Source of the DNA: Octopus bimaculoides
Lineage: Eukaryota
Direction: 5' to 3'
NCBI RefSeq assembly: GCF_001194135.2
Contig: NC_069000.1
Location: 33,699,201-33,763,200 of the forward strand
Length of the DNA stretch: 64,000 nucleotides
The translations under genes and the position numbers were made by a program. The notes under the pieces are model-generated. The model saw nothing but the letters and a program-made list of their open reading frames with translations, was not told the origin of the DNA and did not search any database. This document shows, one piece after another, positions 39,107-51,828 of this stretch (position 1 is the stretch's first letter; each line of letters opens with the position of its first letter).

Positions 39107-39340
39107 CCACTTGACTTTTCATTTATAGAATTGTAAGCTTTAATATTTAATCTTATATATTTATTTCAAATGTTTAATTTTAATCTCCAGATACTTATTG
39201 GAAGTAAAGAATGTGTTCATGCAATGCTTTCTCGGATGGAAATTGAATTCAAAACTGACTTTACAGTACGAGCAGTAAAAGCCGACATGACGCGTGCTGA
39301 CGACTTGAATCCTTTTAGTGATGGAAAATTGTGTAAATAA
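29710..39340 (+). CDS. Stefin (type-1 cystatin) paralogue C, complete, 112 aa: join(29710..29793,34902..35006,39191..39340). MANIIIPGLPFWTAPEPATDEVQQICND|KKQEIENILGRNSETFVALLHRREIMCGSTNYVVK|ILIGSKECVHAMLSRMEIEFKTDFTVRAVKADMTRADDLNPFSDGKLCK*
   Basis: Open frame across phase-0 introns (gtgagt; gtaact/ctccag). The exon 2 acceptor is a weak GAG, with an in-frame CAG 9 nt downstream. Confidence 0.82.
29955..30290 (-). mobile_element. Two tandem R4/Dong-like 3' fragments around a (TTA/TTG)n tract
   Basis: DKLSKYKNLEIEVTRMSSLKTETIPI motif occurs twice. Confidence 0.8.
30715..31060 (-). mobile_element. R4/Dong-like RT thumb-region fragment
   Basis: MHHPKSNRERLYIQRIEGDRGLIQL. Confidence 0.7.
31660..33505. 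repeat. Cluster of diverged copies of a ~150-260-bp unit: three direct (~31660, ~31990, ~33080) and one inverted (~33405-33505)
   Basis: Shared core ACTAGTCAGCACCAG...GTTAAAACAACTC.TAG...GAAGCACTTTATCTTAA.GAACTGACAAG. Confidence 0.7.
34902..35006 (+). CDS. Stefin C exon 2 (35 codons)
   Basis: Homologous to exon 2 of the other paralogues; AAG|gtaact donor. Confidence 0.82.
35420..36420 (+). mobile_element. Heavily decayed R4-like LINE internal fragment in stefin C intron 2
   Basis: Purine-rich broken frames with an RNGK(NWK)-like RT N-terminal motif; weak. Confidence 0.4.
37200..38520 (+). mobile_element. Decayed Penelope-like element RT in stefin C intron 2
   Basis: LLQIHK, ILSFDVINLY, TAMGTKVAPTYANL, WKRYLDDCL. 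Confidence 0.85.
39191..39340 (+). CDS. Stefin C exon 3
   Basis: ctccag acceptor; ILIGSKECVHAM...DDLNPF. Confidence 0.85.
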   Translation: MLIGSKECVHAMLSRMEIEFKTDFTVRAVKADMTRADDLNPFSDGKLCK

Positions 39341-40136
39341 ATTCATTTCTAGAAATGTGATTTTTGGAATAAAGAATACTTTGTAATTCTAACAAAACTG
39401 TAAAATTAATATAATAGTCGAAATATAAATAGGAAACGGTAACACTAAAGAATACATTTTATAGATCCTGATGATTTGATTTGGGATGATCGATATATGA
39501 ATATTGCCAGAAAATATAGAACAGAATAAAGATACTCACAAACTTAATCTGTTTCTTAATTTTGATTCCTGATTGTAACTACTTTTCACCCATTACTTGC
39601 ACTCATTATAAGGAAGTGTTGTAGAGCAAGTTATTTACTTTACAAACTAATCCATCGCCAGGTTTTATTGTTGAATGAAGGCATTTCTCTTCAATCAGAC
39701 CACTATTATTATATATCTGGACTGTTGTCTTCTTAGTTGTTATTGCCACCTATGGTCGTTGTCATCATCATTATTGATTTATATCTGGTGTTCATACTGG
39801 TATGGTTTGACTGAAACATCACGATTTAAATCAATTTATGCTTGATATCCTAGATGCTTTGAGCTTAGTCTCTGCTGCTGGATGCCATTTCCACTAATTA
39901 CATTACAGAGTCTACAGGGACAATTTTATCATACAACAAGCACATGACAAGACTAAAGGGTCCTCTGGGTCCCATTTGCAATCTACTTATTTACCAACGA
40001 TTTACAGGGTGAAGCGACAAGATGCTATCATAGTATCAACAATAGCGGGGTTGCTTTGAACCCCTAAGATCAAAGAGTCCCCGCTACTTTGATGTGTTTG
40101 TTTGCTCAGGGCTATGTGACAAAAGAAAAAAAAATT

Positions 40137-40265
40137 CATTTAAAGCTCCTAATTTCAGGTACTAATTCGGACCATTTAAAGCTCCTAATTTCAGGTACTA
40201 ATTCGGACCATTTAAAGCTCCTAATTTCAGGTACTAATTCGGACCGTTTAAAGCTCCTAATTTCA
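40137..40265 (+). repeat. 36-bp tandem repeat, ~3.5 near-identical copies
   Basis: (CATTTAAAGCTCCTAATTTCAGGTACTAATTCGGAC)n with no spacers. Confidence 0.95.
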
Positions 40266-40269
40266 ACAA

Positions 40270-42151
40270 CCTAACTGTCCTATGGCACAATGGGTTAGTG
40301 AATATAAGCATTGATTAAGTGTTACATGTTTTGTGTAATAGTTTAACTAAATAAGTACCGTCATACATCGAGAACAACTAAGAGAAGAATATCGCTGGGA
40401 TGGACAGTACATACCGACAAAACTATAAAAGCTAATAAACCGGATATTATTATAAAAGATCATACAAAAAAAGGTGTGGTTATTAATTGACATGAGTATT
40501 CCTTGTGATCACAATATAGCGGCGAAAGAATTTGACAAGATCGGTAAATATAAAGACTTGCTAATAGAAATTGAAAAAATGTGGCATCTCAAGACGACTA
40601 CCGTACCAGTGATTGTAGGATCTCTAGGAATGATAAAAAAAAGGTACTGAAACCTATTTGAAAACGATACCAGGCTTACTATCCCTACAGGAAGTGCAAA
40701 AAATCGTGTTAACTAGAACGACTCATGTACTGAGAAGAGCATTATCGATGTGAAAACAACATCCATTCATGAATTTATTTATTTATTAATTTTTTAAAAT
40801 ACATGTTTTACCTGTGAATTTGCGTGTGTAAACTGGGAATGCATACAATGAGCTTCTCTGCCCTAGGTGTACGGAAAACACTCGGCGAGNNNNNNNNNNN
40901 NNNNNNNNNNNNNNNNNNNNNNNNNNNNNNNNNNNNNNNNNNNNNNNNNNNNNNNNNNNNNNNNNNNNNNNNNNNNNNNNNNNNNNNNNNNNNNNNNNNN
41001 NNNNNNNNNNNNNNNNNNNNNNNNNNNNNNNNNNNNNNNNNNNNNNNNNNNNNNNNNNNNNNNNNNNNNNNNNNNNNNNNNNNNNNNNNNNNNNNNNNNN
41101 NNNNNNNNNNNNNNNNNNNNNNNNNNNNNNNNNNNNNNNNNNNNNNNNNNNNNNNNNNNNNNNNNNNNNNNNNNNNNNNNNNNNNNNNNNNNNNNNNNNN
41201 NNNNNNNNNNNNNNNNNNNNNNNNNNNNNNNNNNNNNNNNNNNNNNNNNNNNNNNNNNNNNNNNNNNNNNNNNNNNNNNNNNNNNNNNNNNNNNNNNNNN
41301 NNNNNNNNNNNNNNNNNNNNNNNNNNNNNNNNNNNNNNNNNNNNNNNNNNNNNNNNNNNNNNNNNNNNNNNNNNNNNNNNNNNNNNNNNNNNNNNNNNNN
41401 NNCAAAGTACTAGGCTTACAAAAAATAAGTATTGATTTCTTAGACTAAAAATACGTTTCATTTATTAGACTAAAACCTTTTAAGGCGGTGCTCCAGCATG
41501 ACCACAGTCAAATAATTGAAACAAGTACAAGAATAGATGAATATCAAGAACGAAACAGTGGCAGTCCTTGATTATGCTGCTGGCATTCATAGAAAAGTTT
41601 TGCCTTAATAGCAAACAAAATGAAAGAGCATAGCGTGGAAGACACATTTTAGCCATTTAAAACCGAAAAAGGTGTTACCTTCGTTTAATTATTGTAAATG
41701 TAATTTTCAAAACAATCTTTTATTTCATTGGTTCATTCTGATTGTACTCTTTAATCAAGGGAGACAAGCTTTGTGAAACAATACCAGTGATTGTAGGAGC
41801 ACTCGGAATAATAATAAAAAATAAAAAAGAACTGAAAATGATTTAAGAATGATCCCTGGCTTACCATCCATGCAGGAAGTGCAAAAGATGGTCTTAACTG
41901 GTACGTCACACGTATTGAGAAGAGCATTGTCGCTGTGAATTTTCTTTCCTTTTCCCCTTCATTGTATTTCTTTCTAATTTTCCTTTTTCTCTCTGTCTTC
42001 CACTTTCTCTCTATCACATCACTTTGTTAATGAACAATCTGGTGTGTTTATTTTAATGGCCTATCAATGTTTACAGTACGTTTCTCTGCCCCAGGTGTCA
42101 GGAAGACACTCGGCATGAAATGTAAACAGAATTGAAAGAAGATGCTAATGA

Positions 42152-42210
<59 letters not shown>

Positions 42211-42640
42211 TGTGGCGATGGACAAGAAACAATAAATCACATTATCTCTGGCTGCCCAGTCCTGGCTAAGAAGGAATATATTCACAGAAACGACAGAGCT
42301 GGGACCTATATACACTGGAAGCTATGCCAACACTATGGAATAACAACAGAAAAAAGATGGTATAAACACACGCCAGAAAAGGTCACAGAAAACGNNNNNN
42401 NNNNATAATAAAAAAATATTCAAACAAATACATAACGAAAACACTAGGACTTACAAATATATATAACATACAGAAAATTGCACTACTGGGCACTGCACAC
42501 ATCCTACGCAAAACACTTTCAATACAGTAACCATAAGAGCATCACAACAAACCACAGCACATACTCAAGGCACACAGAACTGTGATCGGTAGTGAAGTGA
42601 AAGCACGTTATAAAAATAAAACTACTGAAGAATAATAACA
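40270..42640 (+). mobile_element. Nest of R4/Dong-like 3' fragments (~40270-40890, 41770-42060, 42210-42640) with (AAT)n tracts
   Basis: CGDGQETINHIISGCPVLAKKEYIHRND (CCHC), KYKDLLIEIEKMWHLKTTTVPVIVGSLG, 3'UTRs. Confidence 0.8.
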
Positions 42641-43289
42641 ACAACAGCAACAACAACAATAGCAGCTCCGGTCTAAATAACAGCATGGACGTATTCTAAG
42701 GAGTTCTCTCCACAAAAACTTAATCTGATAACATCGGTTCAATGAAAGGAAATCTTCGCGATACAACTATGGGAAAAGTCCTGTTAAAGCAAAGGAACTA
42801 AAAAACCGGAAAGATCTTTGTTACATACAGTGTAGTTTCTTTCTTAAGTGCGTCATATCTCAATGTGACATACACAAGACGTCGAAACCAGCACCAAGAA
42901 CGCTGGAAAAACACACTAATTACACAGTAACTACGTAAATTGAATAATTACGTATACATGCAACTGCCCACGCATCCGTGTGCACATGCTAATATTTACA
43001 AACAGCATAAATAATGCCGACACGACACACACGTACACACAGAGAAAGTAAAAGAAAACTCATGTCACGAGCGACACCGTACAAAGTAAAAACAAAGTGG
43101 CTTCCCACAAACGATTATAAAAAAGGAGCAAATTAGTCACTCAGTTTAAAACATCCCTAAACAGTTACGCCCGGAAACATAGCTACCAAAAAGAAAAAAG
43201 AGCCTACGATATGATAAATATATATGTTCGAAGAAACGGTGTCATCAAAAAGTCAAGCTTGAGCAAACAGACCCGTCTCCTACCGTCAC

Positions 43290-44490
43290 CGTCAATGCTT
43301 TAATGGCAAACCAAACCTCATGCCCGATCGGTCATCGCCCAGGACAAGGACCGCGTTACCCAGTAGGGAACAAGACTGGGGTCAAAACGTCTGCTGCTGG
43401 AACAAACTCCCAAAAGAATGAAGTACCAGGTAACCAGAACCAGGATAACCCTAATCCTAGAGCTGTAGTTTCGCCACCAAAAACACCCCCTAAAGCAAAA
43501 CGCATAAAATGGACTAGCGAGGATTATAGAAATCTGTTGAAAGCTTTCTATACAGGCCAACTAAGCCCATAACAACAACTTCATTGTACAAACATACACT
43601 TCATGGAGAAACTTAGCAGGCAACGAAATACGCAGATATATAGACGCAAATAAATTCAGTAATGTACACAGAGACATCATTAAGAATAAAAAGTTAACTG
43701 ACGCTGAAATTAGCCAAATTAGGACACAAATATCCCATGGTAGCAACAATGCAGATAAAATAGGTAAGAGATGCACAAAACCCAGTGTACGAGCAGTACA
43801 TCTTAACGAGGAAGCTGAAGAAAGAATAACAAAGAACAGATATGCGGAAAAAGAGAACAAAGTAGACCTGCCTCAAAAGCACCAGGATGGATATGACACA
43901 GAATTTGAGGTGAATTATAAAGGGAAGATCATAGAAGCAAAAGAAGATATGAGAGAACTCAGTAAGCCTGAGTTTACTGACATCATCAATAGAGAACCGC
44001 TACCAAAGCTCTCAAACAGCATGAAAAATAACAACATAATCATGATATATAATATTGCTCTTGGACAGATTTTAAGAAATAAGGGAAATGGCCTAATAAC
44101 CTTAAATAACCTCATTTATTCCACTACTAAAGTTTAACTGCTCAATTAGGTATCAGGACACCACAGAAAAGAACCAGCCATGCCAATAGACCTCCTAAGT
44201 GGAAAATAGCAATACAAAAACAGATCGAATTTTTTATGTATCAATTCTCGATGGATTTGTTAGAGGAGTAAATGTTGAGATGAAACAAGCTACAATAAAT
44301 TAAGCAAAAATATAAAATCAAAGATTTTATAAACTTCCCTGCAACTAAGGAAATAGTGAAAAATAGAATACAACTAAAATCCCAACGGCTCAGAAGTTAT
44401 GACAATCAAATTTTATCAACAAAACAAGGCATTCAAGATGGGTGCAAAGAAATTTTATAGGGAAATTAGCAAAAGCAAGATAGAAGTAAA
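43290..44490 (+). mobile_element. R4/Dong-like element 5' ORF fragment
   Basis: KAKRIKWTSEDYRNLLKAFY...REPLPKL...LNNLIYS, typical of the R4 N-terminus; broken frames. Confidence 0.6.
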
Positions 44491-47194
44491 GGCTCTTTCT
44501 TTTGCCACACTGCTTGTCATGGTCCCATGTCTCAGCACACTACCTGTGAAGTCTTCATATTGTAATACAAACAAATAATACATTATTTTGCCTTCAGAAG
44601 TCACTTTCCCTCTCGTGTAAACACCGGCCATGGTCTTTCATTTTGTCATGCCGCATCACTGTGCTCCTTTATTTTCAAGTGAAAAGCCATGTTGTATAAA
44701 AGAAGTGTTTAAAATTCATTTCTGTACAAAGCAAAAGTCCAACTGGTCGATAACTCTCCGCTCGAATGCAAACAAGTATTAGATTATTTTCTAGGCATGC
44801 AAATTGATATTTGTAGTGTAGTGGCGCGAAATTATAGCCGCCATTGAGGAAGTACTATTCTGCGCATGCGCAAGGGACTTCACCACTGGAAGCCCCTCGC
44901 GTGCGTATGCGTAGTAAAACTGGTACTTAAACAGAGAGTTTCACTTTCTCAGCAAATTGCGCGACTGACCTTCTACGTGACAACTCCTCGCTCCTCAACG
45001 AAGCACTCTTCACCCCGATGCCTTCGATGGTGATAGCTACTTGCTTCTCTGGCAGGCATCCAATACCAAATTACGACTTAATCAGCGGCTGCTAAGCTGA
45101 ATGACAGAAATTGTGAAACCAAGCATCATCAAAATAAAACTTATTTTTATAATGTTGTTAATTGTTCTACTGTTCCTTAACATATATTTATGTTGAAAGG
45201 TGATAGAGAGAGACTAAAGTCTCTATGACAACTATCTCCGACATTTACAGTAGTTAAATTTTGTTTTTGTTCTTTTCTAATTTGTCTCCTACTTTAGTTG
45301 CTAATCACGCTTTGCTACATGCATTTTTTTTTTCTGTTATTAATATAAACCATTTGTATGAATGCCAGTCGGAGTCTGCTGCACTTTCATTCTTGATATG
45401 CGTAAGTTTTCATCACGTCTTTTGCCGAGTGAGTGCAACATTTCAGTTACTTGAAAAACAAAAAATATTTTCATGTATGTCATTTAGCACACTGCTACTT
45501 AAGTAATTTCCGTAAATTAATGTCATTGGCTTCGTTTACTTACTTCCCTTAATTTATTTTTAAATTGCGTAATTTATTTACTGGCCAAAACACTTAGCAA
45601 CTTTTGTCTCTGACTAAAAAACTCTGTTGATCGATAAAAGAGGCTTGAGCAGACGACATATGCTGGTGATATAACATGTCTATGCTTGTTCTATTGTCTG
45701 TGCAGAAAGATTAGATATTTTTTTAATTCTAAGATTTGTTTCTCGAAGATTTTTTTCCTTAGATTTTTCCTACATGATGGTGTTCCAGCATGACCGCAGC
45801 CGCATGGCTGAAACAAATAAAAGGATAAAACAATAAAACAATATAAAATTAATTAAGATTTTAAAAATTTTACCATGGTTGTCGTGAAATTATCTCGCCT
45901 TTACTTTGAGTCATTGATATGGAAAAGTTCAATTAGTTGAGAGTGATTAGCATATAATAAAATTCAATACATCTATTATTTATAGTCTGCTGACAGTCAG
46001 AGTTTTCAGTTATTTATAGTATAACTGTATGATGAAAACTTACACATATCAAGAATAGAAGTGTGGTAATCTCCAGCCATTCTCCTGACATTCATACAAA
46101 TGTTTTGTATTGATAACAGAAAAAGAATGCATCAAAGCGTGGAAGACATTTTAGCTATTTAAAACCCGAAACACTGTTAACTTCATTTAATTATAGTAAA
46201 TATAATTTTCAAAATTATTTTTACTTTATTGGTCCATTTAGATTGTACTTTTTTTTAATCAAGGGAGACAACTTTTTAGAACCATTTCTTTTTGTTGTTT
46301 TTTGCTGTGTGTCTTCACTTAGACACCCTCCATTACGATGTGTGATGCTCGCGTGTTATACATCTCTTAAATGCATGGCTCCAGGCAGCGACATAATATA
46401 GGTGTTTGAGTGAACTATTTGTTGTTACGTGTTCTCCTATTATCTGCAAATGTAATAAGCAATCGAATAAGCCTCCTTTTCTCCTTTTATAATTTAGGGT
46501 TAGGGTGCGCAGGCTCTTACAGACTGGTGTGGTTCAGGTTTTAGTTTGAACATTTCCAAGTCGCTGTCTGCATAAAAAATTAAATGGGGAATGAATTACA
46601 GATATTGCATTTCTGATGAGAAGTGGATGAAATATTTAGTGTAGGATATATGGGAGGCGATTGGTACACAACAAAGATGACAGAAAGAGGAGAGAGATAC
46701 GTGTGGGAAGAATCTGAAATTACGATATATGTAGAAGAGTGGAGGCTGTTGTTGCATCATTACACGAAATAGCAATTACCCGTTGAGTATGTTATTGCTC
46801 ATCAGCTGGATGTGTGTGTGTGTGTGTNNNNNNNNNNNNNNNNNNNNNNNNNNNNNNNNNNNNNNNNNNNNNNNNNNNNNNNNNNNNNNNNNNNNNNNNN
46901 NNNNNNNNNNNNNNNNNNNNNNNNNNNNNNNNNNNNNNNNNNNNNNNNNNNNNNNNNNNNNNNNNNNNNNNNNNNNNNNNNNNNNNNNNNNNNNNNNNNN
47001 NNNNNNNNNNNNNNNNNNNNNNNNNNNNNNNNNNNNNNNNNNNNNNNNNNNNNNNNNNNNNNNNNCCGACGTTCTTTTTTTTATTTTGGGATTTATTGCG
47101 TTTTTAAATTTTCGGATCTATTTTTTTCGAGGGTTCTATTTTTGAATCATTTTGGAATCTATTTTGTTTTCGTTTTTTGTTTTTGTTTTTTTTT

Positions 47195-47790
47195 CTAGCT
47201 AATTTTAGTTAATTTTTGTTTTATTTTCAGATCATTAAAATGGAATGTCAAGTTAAGAAAAACAAGCATTTTCGACACCTTTTTCTTGCTTTTAATCAAG
47301 GTTCTAAGGCCGCAAAAGCTGCTCGTGGCATTTGTGCTGTGTATGGAGAGGGTGCCATAGCTGAAAGAATCGCTCATGATTGGTATGCCAAGTTCAAAAA
47401 TGGAAATTTTGACCTTAAAGACGCACCTCGTTCTGGCCGTCCAGTTGAGTTCAATGAGGACCGATTTAATCAACTTTTGCACGAAAAATCTCGTCAAACG
47501 ACAAGGGAACTAGCAGAGAAAATGGAATGCTTCCATACTGCTATAGAGAAGCATCTTCACTCGATGGGAAAGACTCAGAAGTATGGAGCATGGGTTCTGC
47601 ATGCTTTAAGTGACAACAGCAAAAATCAACGAGTCACAATCTCTGCTGGTTTGCTTGCTCGTCACCGCTCAACTCATGGACACAAGCAACGATTTCTTTA
47701 CCGAATCGTTACTGGCGACAAAGAATGGTGCCTGTACATCAATATGAAGCGGCGTAAGGAATGGCTTAGCCCCGGTAAACGGCGGAGGCT
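47195..47790 (+). mobile_element. Mariner (Mos1/Hsmar1-like) transposase, 3'-truncated after the first catalytic Asp
   Basis: From ATG 47240: HFRHLFL...DAPRSGRP...WVLHAL...RIVTGDKEW; homology ends near 47785. Confidence 0.92.
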
Positions 47791-48869
47791 TAGTTGCCAA
47801 CCCAATATACGTATAACAACAGTATCATCCTGAATATGTTAGTGGCATGGTAATACAGATCATTTCTGAGCTCTGTAGAGAATCTATAGAGCTATGAATT
47901 GATCAGGGCTGAAGTATTTCTCGGTTACTAGAAGACGCTTTTTCTTAAACAATAAAAACGGTGGCTGTCACTCTTTTGCGTTTTATGGAAGGGAAGCGTT
48001 TCATAGTTAAAACAGTCCATTTACTGCCATGGATTGATTCGAAGACAAGCACCACTGGTCGCGTGTGTGCTCACGCAAACACACACACAAAAAACTGTCC
48101 TGCCGATTAGCTATAACATACGCAATAGATATTTATTAGTTCTTCTAATGATGCAACAACAGCCTCCACTCCACTGAGTTATCTTCTGCATATGTCATAA
48201 TCTTAGGCACATTCCACACGTGTCTTTCTCATCTTTCTGTCACCCTTACTGTGTGTCAATAATCTCTCATATTCACTCTCGACTTTCATTTTTCATACAA
48301 ATGACTTGGAAATGTTCAAACTATATATCAACTACACGAGGTTGCGAAAGCCTACAAAGATTTTTTTCACTAAGTTATAAAAGATAAAATAAAATAAAAA
48401 GGCTTATTTGCTTGCTTATTACATTTGGAGATACTAAGAGAACATCTACATTATGATTCCTCGTTTGGAGACATGAATTTAAGAGATGTATAACACGTCA
48501 GTATCAAACATCGCAACTGAAGGCGCCGTAACTGAAAAGATGACTCACAAAAAAGTTGTCTCCTTGATTAAAAGAAATGTACCGTCAGAATGGACCAGAA
48601 TATAAAATTATTTGGAAAATTACATTTACAATAATCAAATGAAATTAACAGTGTTTCAGGTTTTAAAAGGCTAAATTGCGTTTTCCCCGCTTTGTTGAAT
48701 TTTTATTATTATAGAAAAGTCTTCAATCATGGATTAAATCAGACAATGGATAAGTTTGTGAAGTACATGCCTTGCCCTACAATACTTACCTATAGTAAGA
48801 TTTTGCGGCATTCATCAGAGTGCAAATACTGGGCTAGAAATGGTTACAGAAACAGATTGAGTTAATGAG

Positions 48870-49318
48870 AAATGAACAAGATCTAGGCCCACATTTCAAT
48901 TAGTAACTGTACAAAGATCCTGCTGTACTAGAGTATTGTCCTACCAACAGCAGTTTGAGCAGGAGAAACTGGGAAAATAACTACCAAAGTCGCTCAGATC
49001 ACCAACAGGAACAGAAACTCTGAAGTCCTGAGAAGGGCCAGTTTTCACAGTCTGCAGAAGATTGTGGTGAAAAGAAAAGTAAGACATGCAGGTCATATTT
49101 CTGATTGCTTGAAGAACAAATACCTTGGTGATACCCATTGTATAGCTACACAATGAGTACCACCAGAGAAATGAAGGAAAAGAAGAAGACCCACCTTCAA
49201 AGATCTGAAACAACTTAGCATTTCCTGGGAAGATGCAAGTAGCTATGCTCAAAACTGGTATTAGTGGTGATGTTTTGCTGCTCAATGTACAGAGCAGTTG
49301 TATGGAAGGAGCTAAGAG
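48870..49318 (+). mobile_element. RTE-like LINE C-terminal fragment downstream of stefin D
   Basis: NSEVLRRASFHSLQKIVVKRKVRHAGHI. Confidence 0.65.
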
Positions 49319-49537
49319 CTACTCCATTCCATATTTTGTACCACTATTCACAAATTGATTGTTAGAAATAAAATCATCTAAAACACAATCAAATATGTAA
49401 TGCAACTCAAAAATGTAACGATGAGAATGTAATTGACAAATAATAATCATTTTATACACTTTTGTTAGATTTAAGAACAATGTTTTATTCCAAAAATTAC
49501 ATTTTTAGAAATTAAATTATTTTACAAGATGTTCCAT

Positions 49538-49657
49538 CTAAAAATATTCTATTTCATCAGCAAGTGCCAAGCTTCCTTTTATTGACGTCAATTCCCCAGC
49601 ATCAAACAATGGTTTGTAAATTCTTGCATGAACAAATTCTTCATTTCCAATATGTAT
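49538..49657 (-). CDS. CSTB-like: Stefin D exon 3
   Basis: ctacag acceptor, ends EIEYF*. Confidence 0.95.
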   Translation of the reverse strand: MHIGNEEFVHARIYKPLFDAGELTSIKGSLALADEIEYF

Positions 49658-51787
49658 CTGTAGAATAGAAATTGAACATTTGAGATAAATATCTAAGATT
49701 TATCATTAAAGTTTACAATTCTATAAATTAGACAGAGTAGTTAACTCTTTCTTTCTCTCTCTCTCCCCCCCTATGTACACATGCATGTGCATGTGTTTGC
49801 GTGTATGATGTCCCCTGAAAAAAGATCAGCTGAATGCAGTTTACAAAGTCCTTCCTTTTAGACCAGGCAATTGGTTTAACATGTGTAATATGTGAAAAAG
49901 TTTGCAAGGCAATTTCAAATCTGAAAACACATACAGCAGTTCACAGAGGTCATATCCTACAAAGTGACACAGTGAATTAATTGTCACATATGTCTCGAAC
50001 CGGGCAGATCTGCAGATGGACTGAATAGTCATCTGAGAGGTCGTGGATGGAAAGTCAAAAATTCCATTGACAACAAGGAGGCACAAGAAAGAAACAATCA
50101 TGTGAAGATGGAGCAATCACCATGTATGGACATATGTATCTACGAGCAAATGCATGCATGTAAGATGAATGAACCAAGGACTGTTAAGACTTCAAAAATT
50201 AAATTACAAATAAACAAAGTTAACAAAATGTAAACAGCTATGGAGTTTTTTTTTTTTAACGGAACAGCCTGCTCGTGAAATTAACGTGCAAGTGGCTCAG
50301 CACTCCACAGACATGTGTACCCTTAACGTAGTTCTCGGGGATATTCAGCGTGACACAATGTGACAAGGCTGACCCTTTGAATTACAGGCACAACAGAAAC
50401 AGGAAGTAAGAGTGAGAGAAAGTTGTGGTGAAAGAGTACAGCAGGGTTCGCCACCATCCGCTGCCGGAGCCTCGTGGAGCTTTAGGTGTTTTCGCTCAAT
50501 AAACACTCACAACGCCTGGTCTGGGAATTGAAACCGCAATCCTATGACCGCGAGTCCGCTGTCCTAACCACTGGGCCATTGTGCCTCCACAGCTATGGAG
50601 TAAATAAAATACAAAGCAACAATTACCTTTACAAAATAATTCATTCCAGATACTAGCTGTTGCTTATAATGCAGAGCTTCAAATTTTTCAAATGTTTTAT
50701 CCAATTTCTCTTCCATTTTCTGCTTTAACTGGAAACAAATGGTAATATTTATAGATAATACAATTCTTTCTACTATAGAGAAAAGGCATAAAATTTTGTG
50801 GGAAGGGTCTGGTCAATTTCATTGATCCCTCTGCTCAACTGGTACTTATTATACTGGCCCCAAAAGGATGAAAGGCAAAGTTGATTCTGATGGCATTTGA
50901 AACTAGAAGAAATTCTGTTTAGTATTTTGTTCAGCATGCTAATAATTCTGCCAGATTACTACCTTCATAACATTTTATAATATAGGTGAGACTGTGTGGT
51001 AAGAAGCCTGCTTTCCAATCATGTGGTTCCATGTTCTGTCTCATTGTGTGACACCTTGGGTAAGTGTCTTCTGTTATAGCCTTGGCCGACCAGAGACTTG
51101 TTTGTGGATTTGGTGGATAGAAACTGGAAGAAGCCTGCCATATTCTTTTCTTTCGTTCTTTCATTTGTTTCAGCTATTTGATTGTGGGCATGCCGGCGCA
51201 CCACCTTAAAGGATGTTTTAGTCAAAGAAATCGATCCCAGGACTTACTCTTTGTAAGCCTAGTACTTATTTTATCAGTCTCTTTTGCCAAACTGCTAAGT
51301 TACAAGAACATAAACACACCAGCATTGGTTGTCAAGCAATTGTGAGAGAAACAAACACAGACACAAAGACACACACACATAATTATATACCTACATCTAT
51401 ACGAGTGGGTGGACAAATGAAAGAATGGCACTCAAACCAAAGATGAGTGTGTATTCATTTTTCATGCTTCACCAATTACTTCCATACTTGTGATGCATGA
51501 ATAATTTGACCTCAGACATATAATAGGGTCCTCATATTATGACATTTTCTTCTTAAATAAAAAAAAATTTAATGTTCGCTATTTATAAACAACTATGATA
51601 AATTACTCAAAGAAATATTTACAAAGTTCACAAAGTTAGATATTTCACGTAATATAGTTTTTAACATGCCTTTATTTATACGTTTTTTTTCATCCCATCT
51701 TTATCTCATTCATTGTTTGCAATGTTCTCGCTCGCTCGCTCGCTCGCTCGCACGCACGCACGCACGCACGCACGCGCGCGCGCGCGC

Positions 51788-51828
<41 letters not shown>

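Noticed and set aside
40137-40265. 36-bp direct repeats resembling a CRISPR array
   Set aside because: No spacers, eukaryotic context, no cas genes; a simple minisatellite.
47216-47833. SETMAR-like host gene
   Set aside because: Only a truncated mariner transposase; no SET domain, catalytic domain incomplete.
49861-49980. C2H2 zinc finger as a host ZNF gene exon
   Set aside because: Single finger followed by a stop and a second LINE-type ...GLNSH remnant; fits a LINE ORF2 C-terminus.
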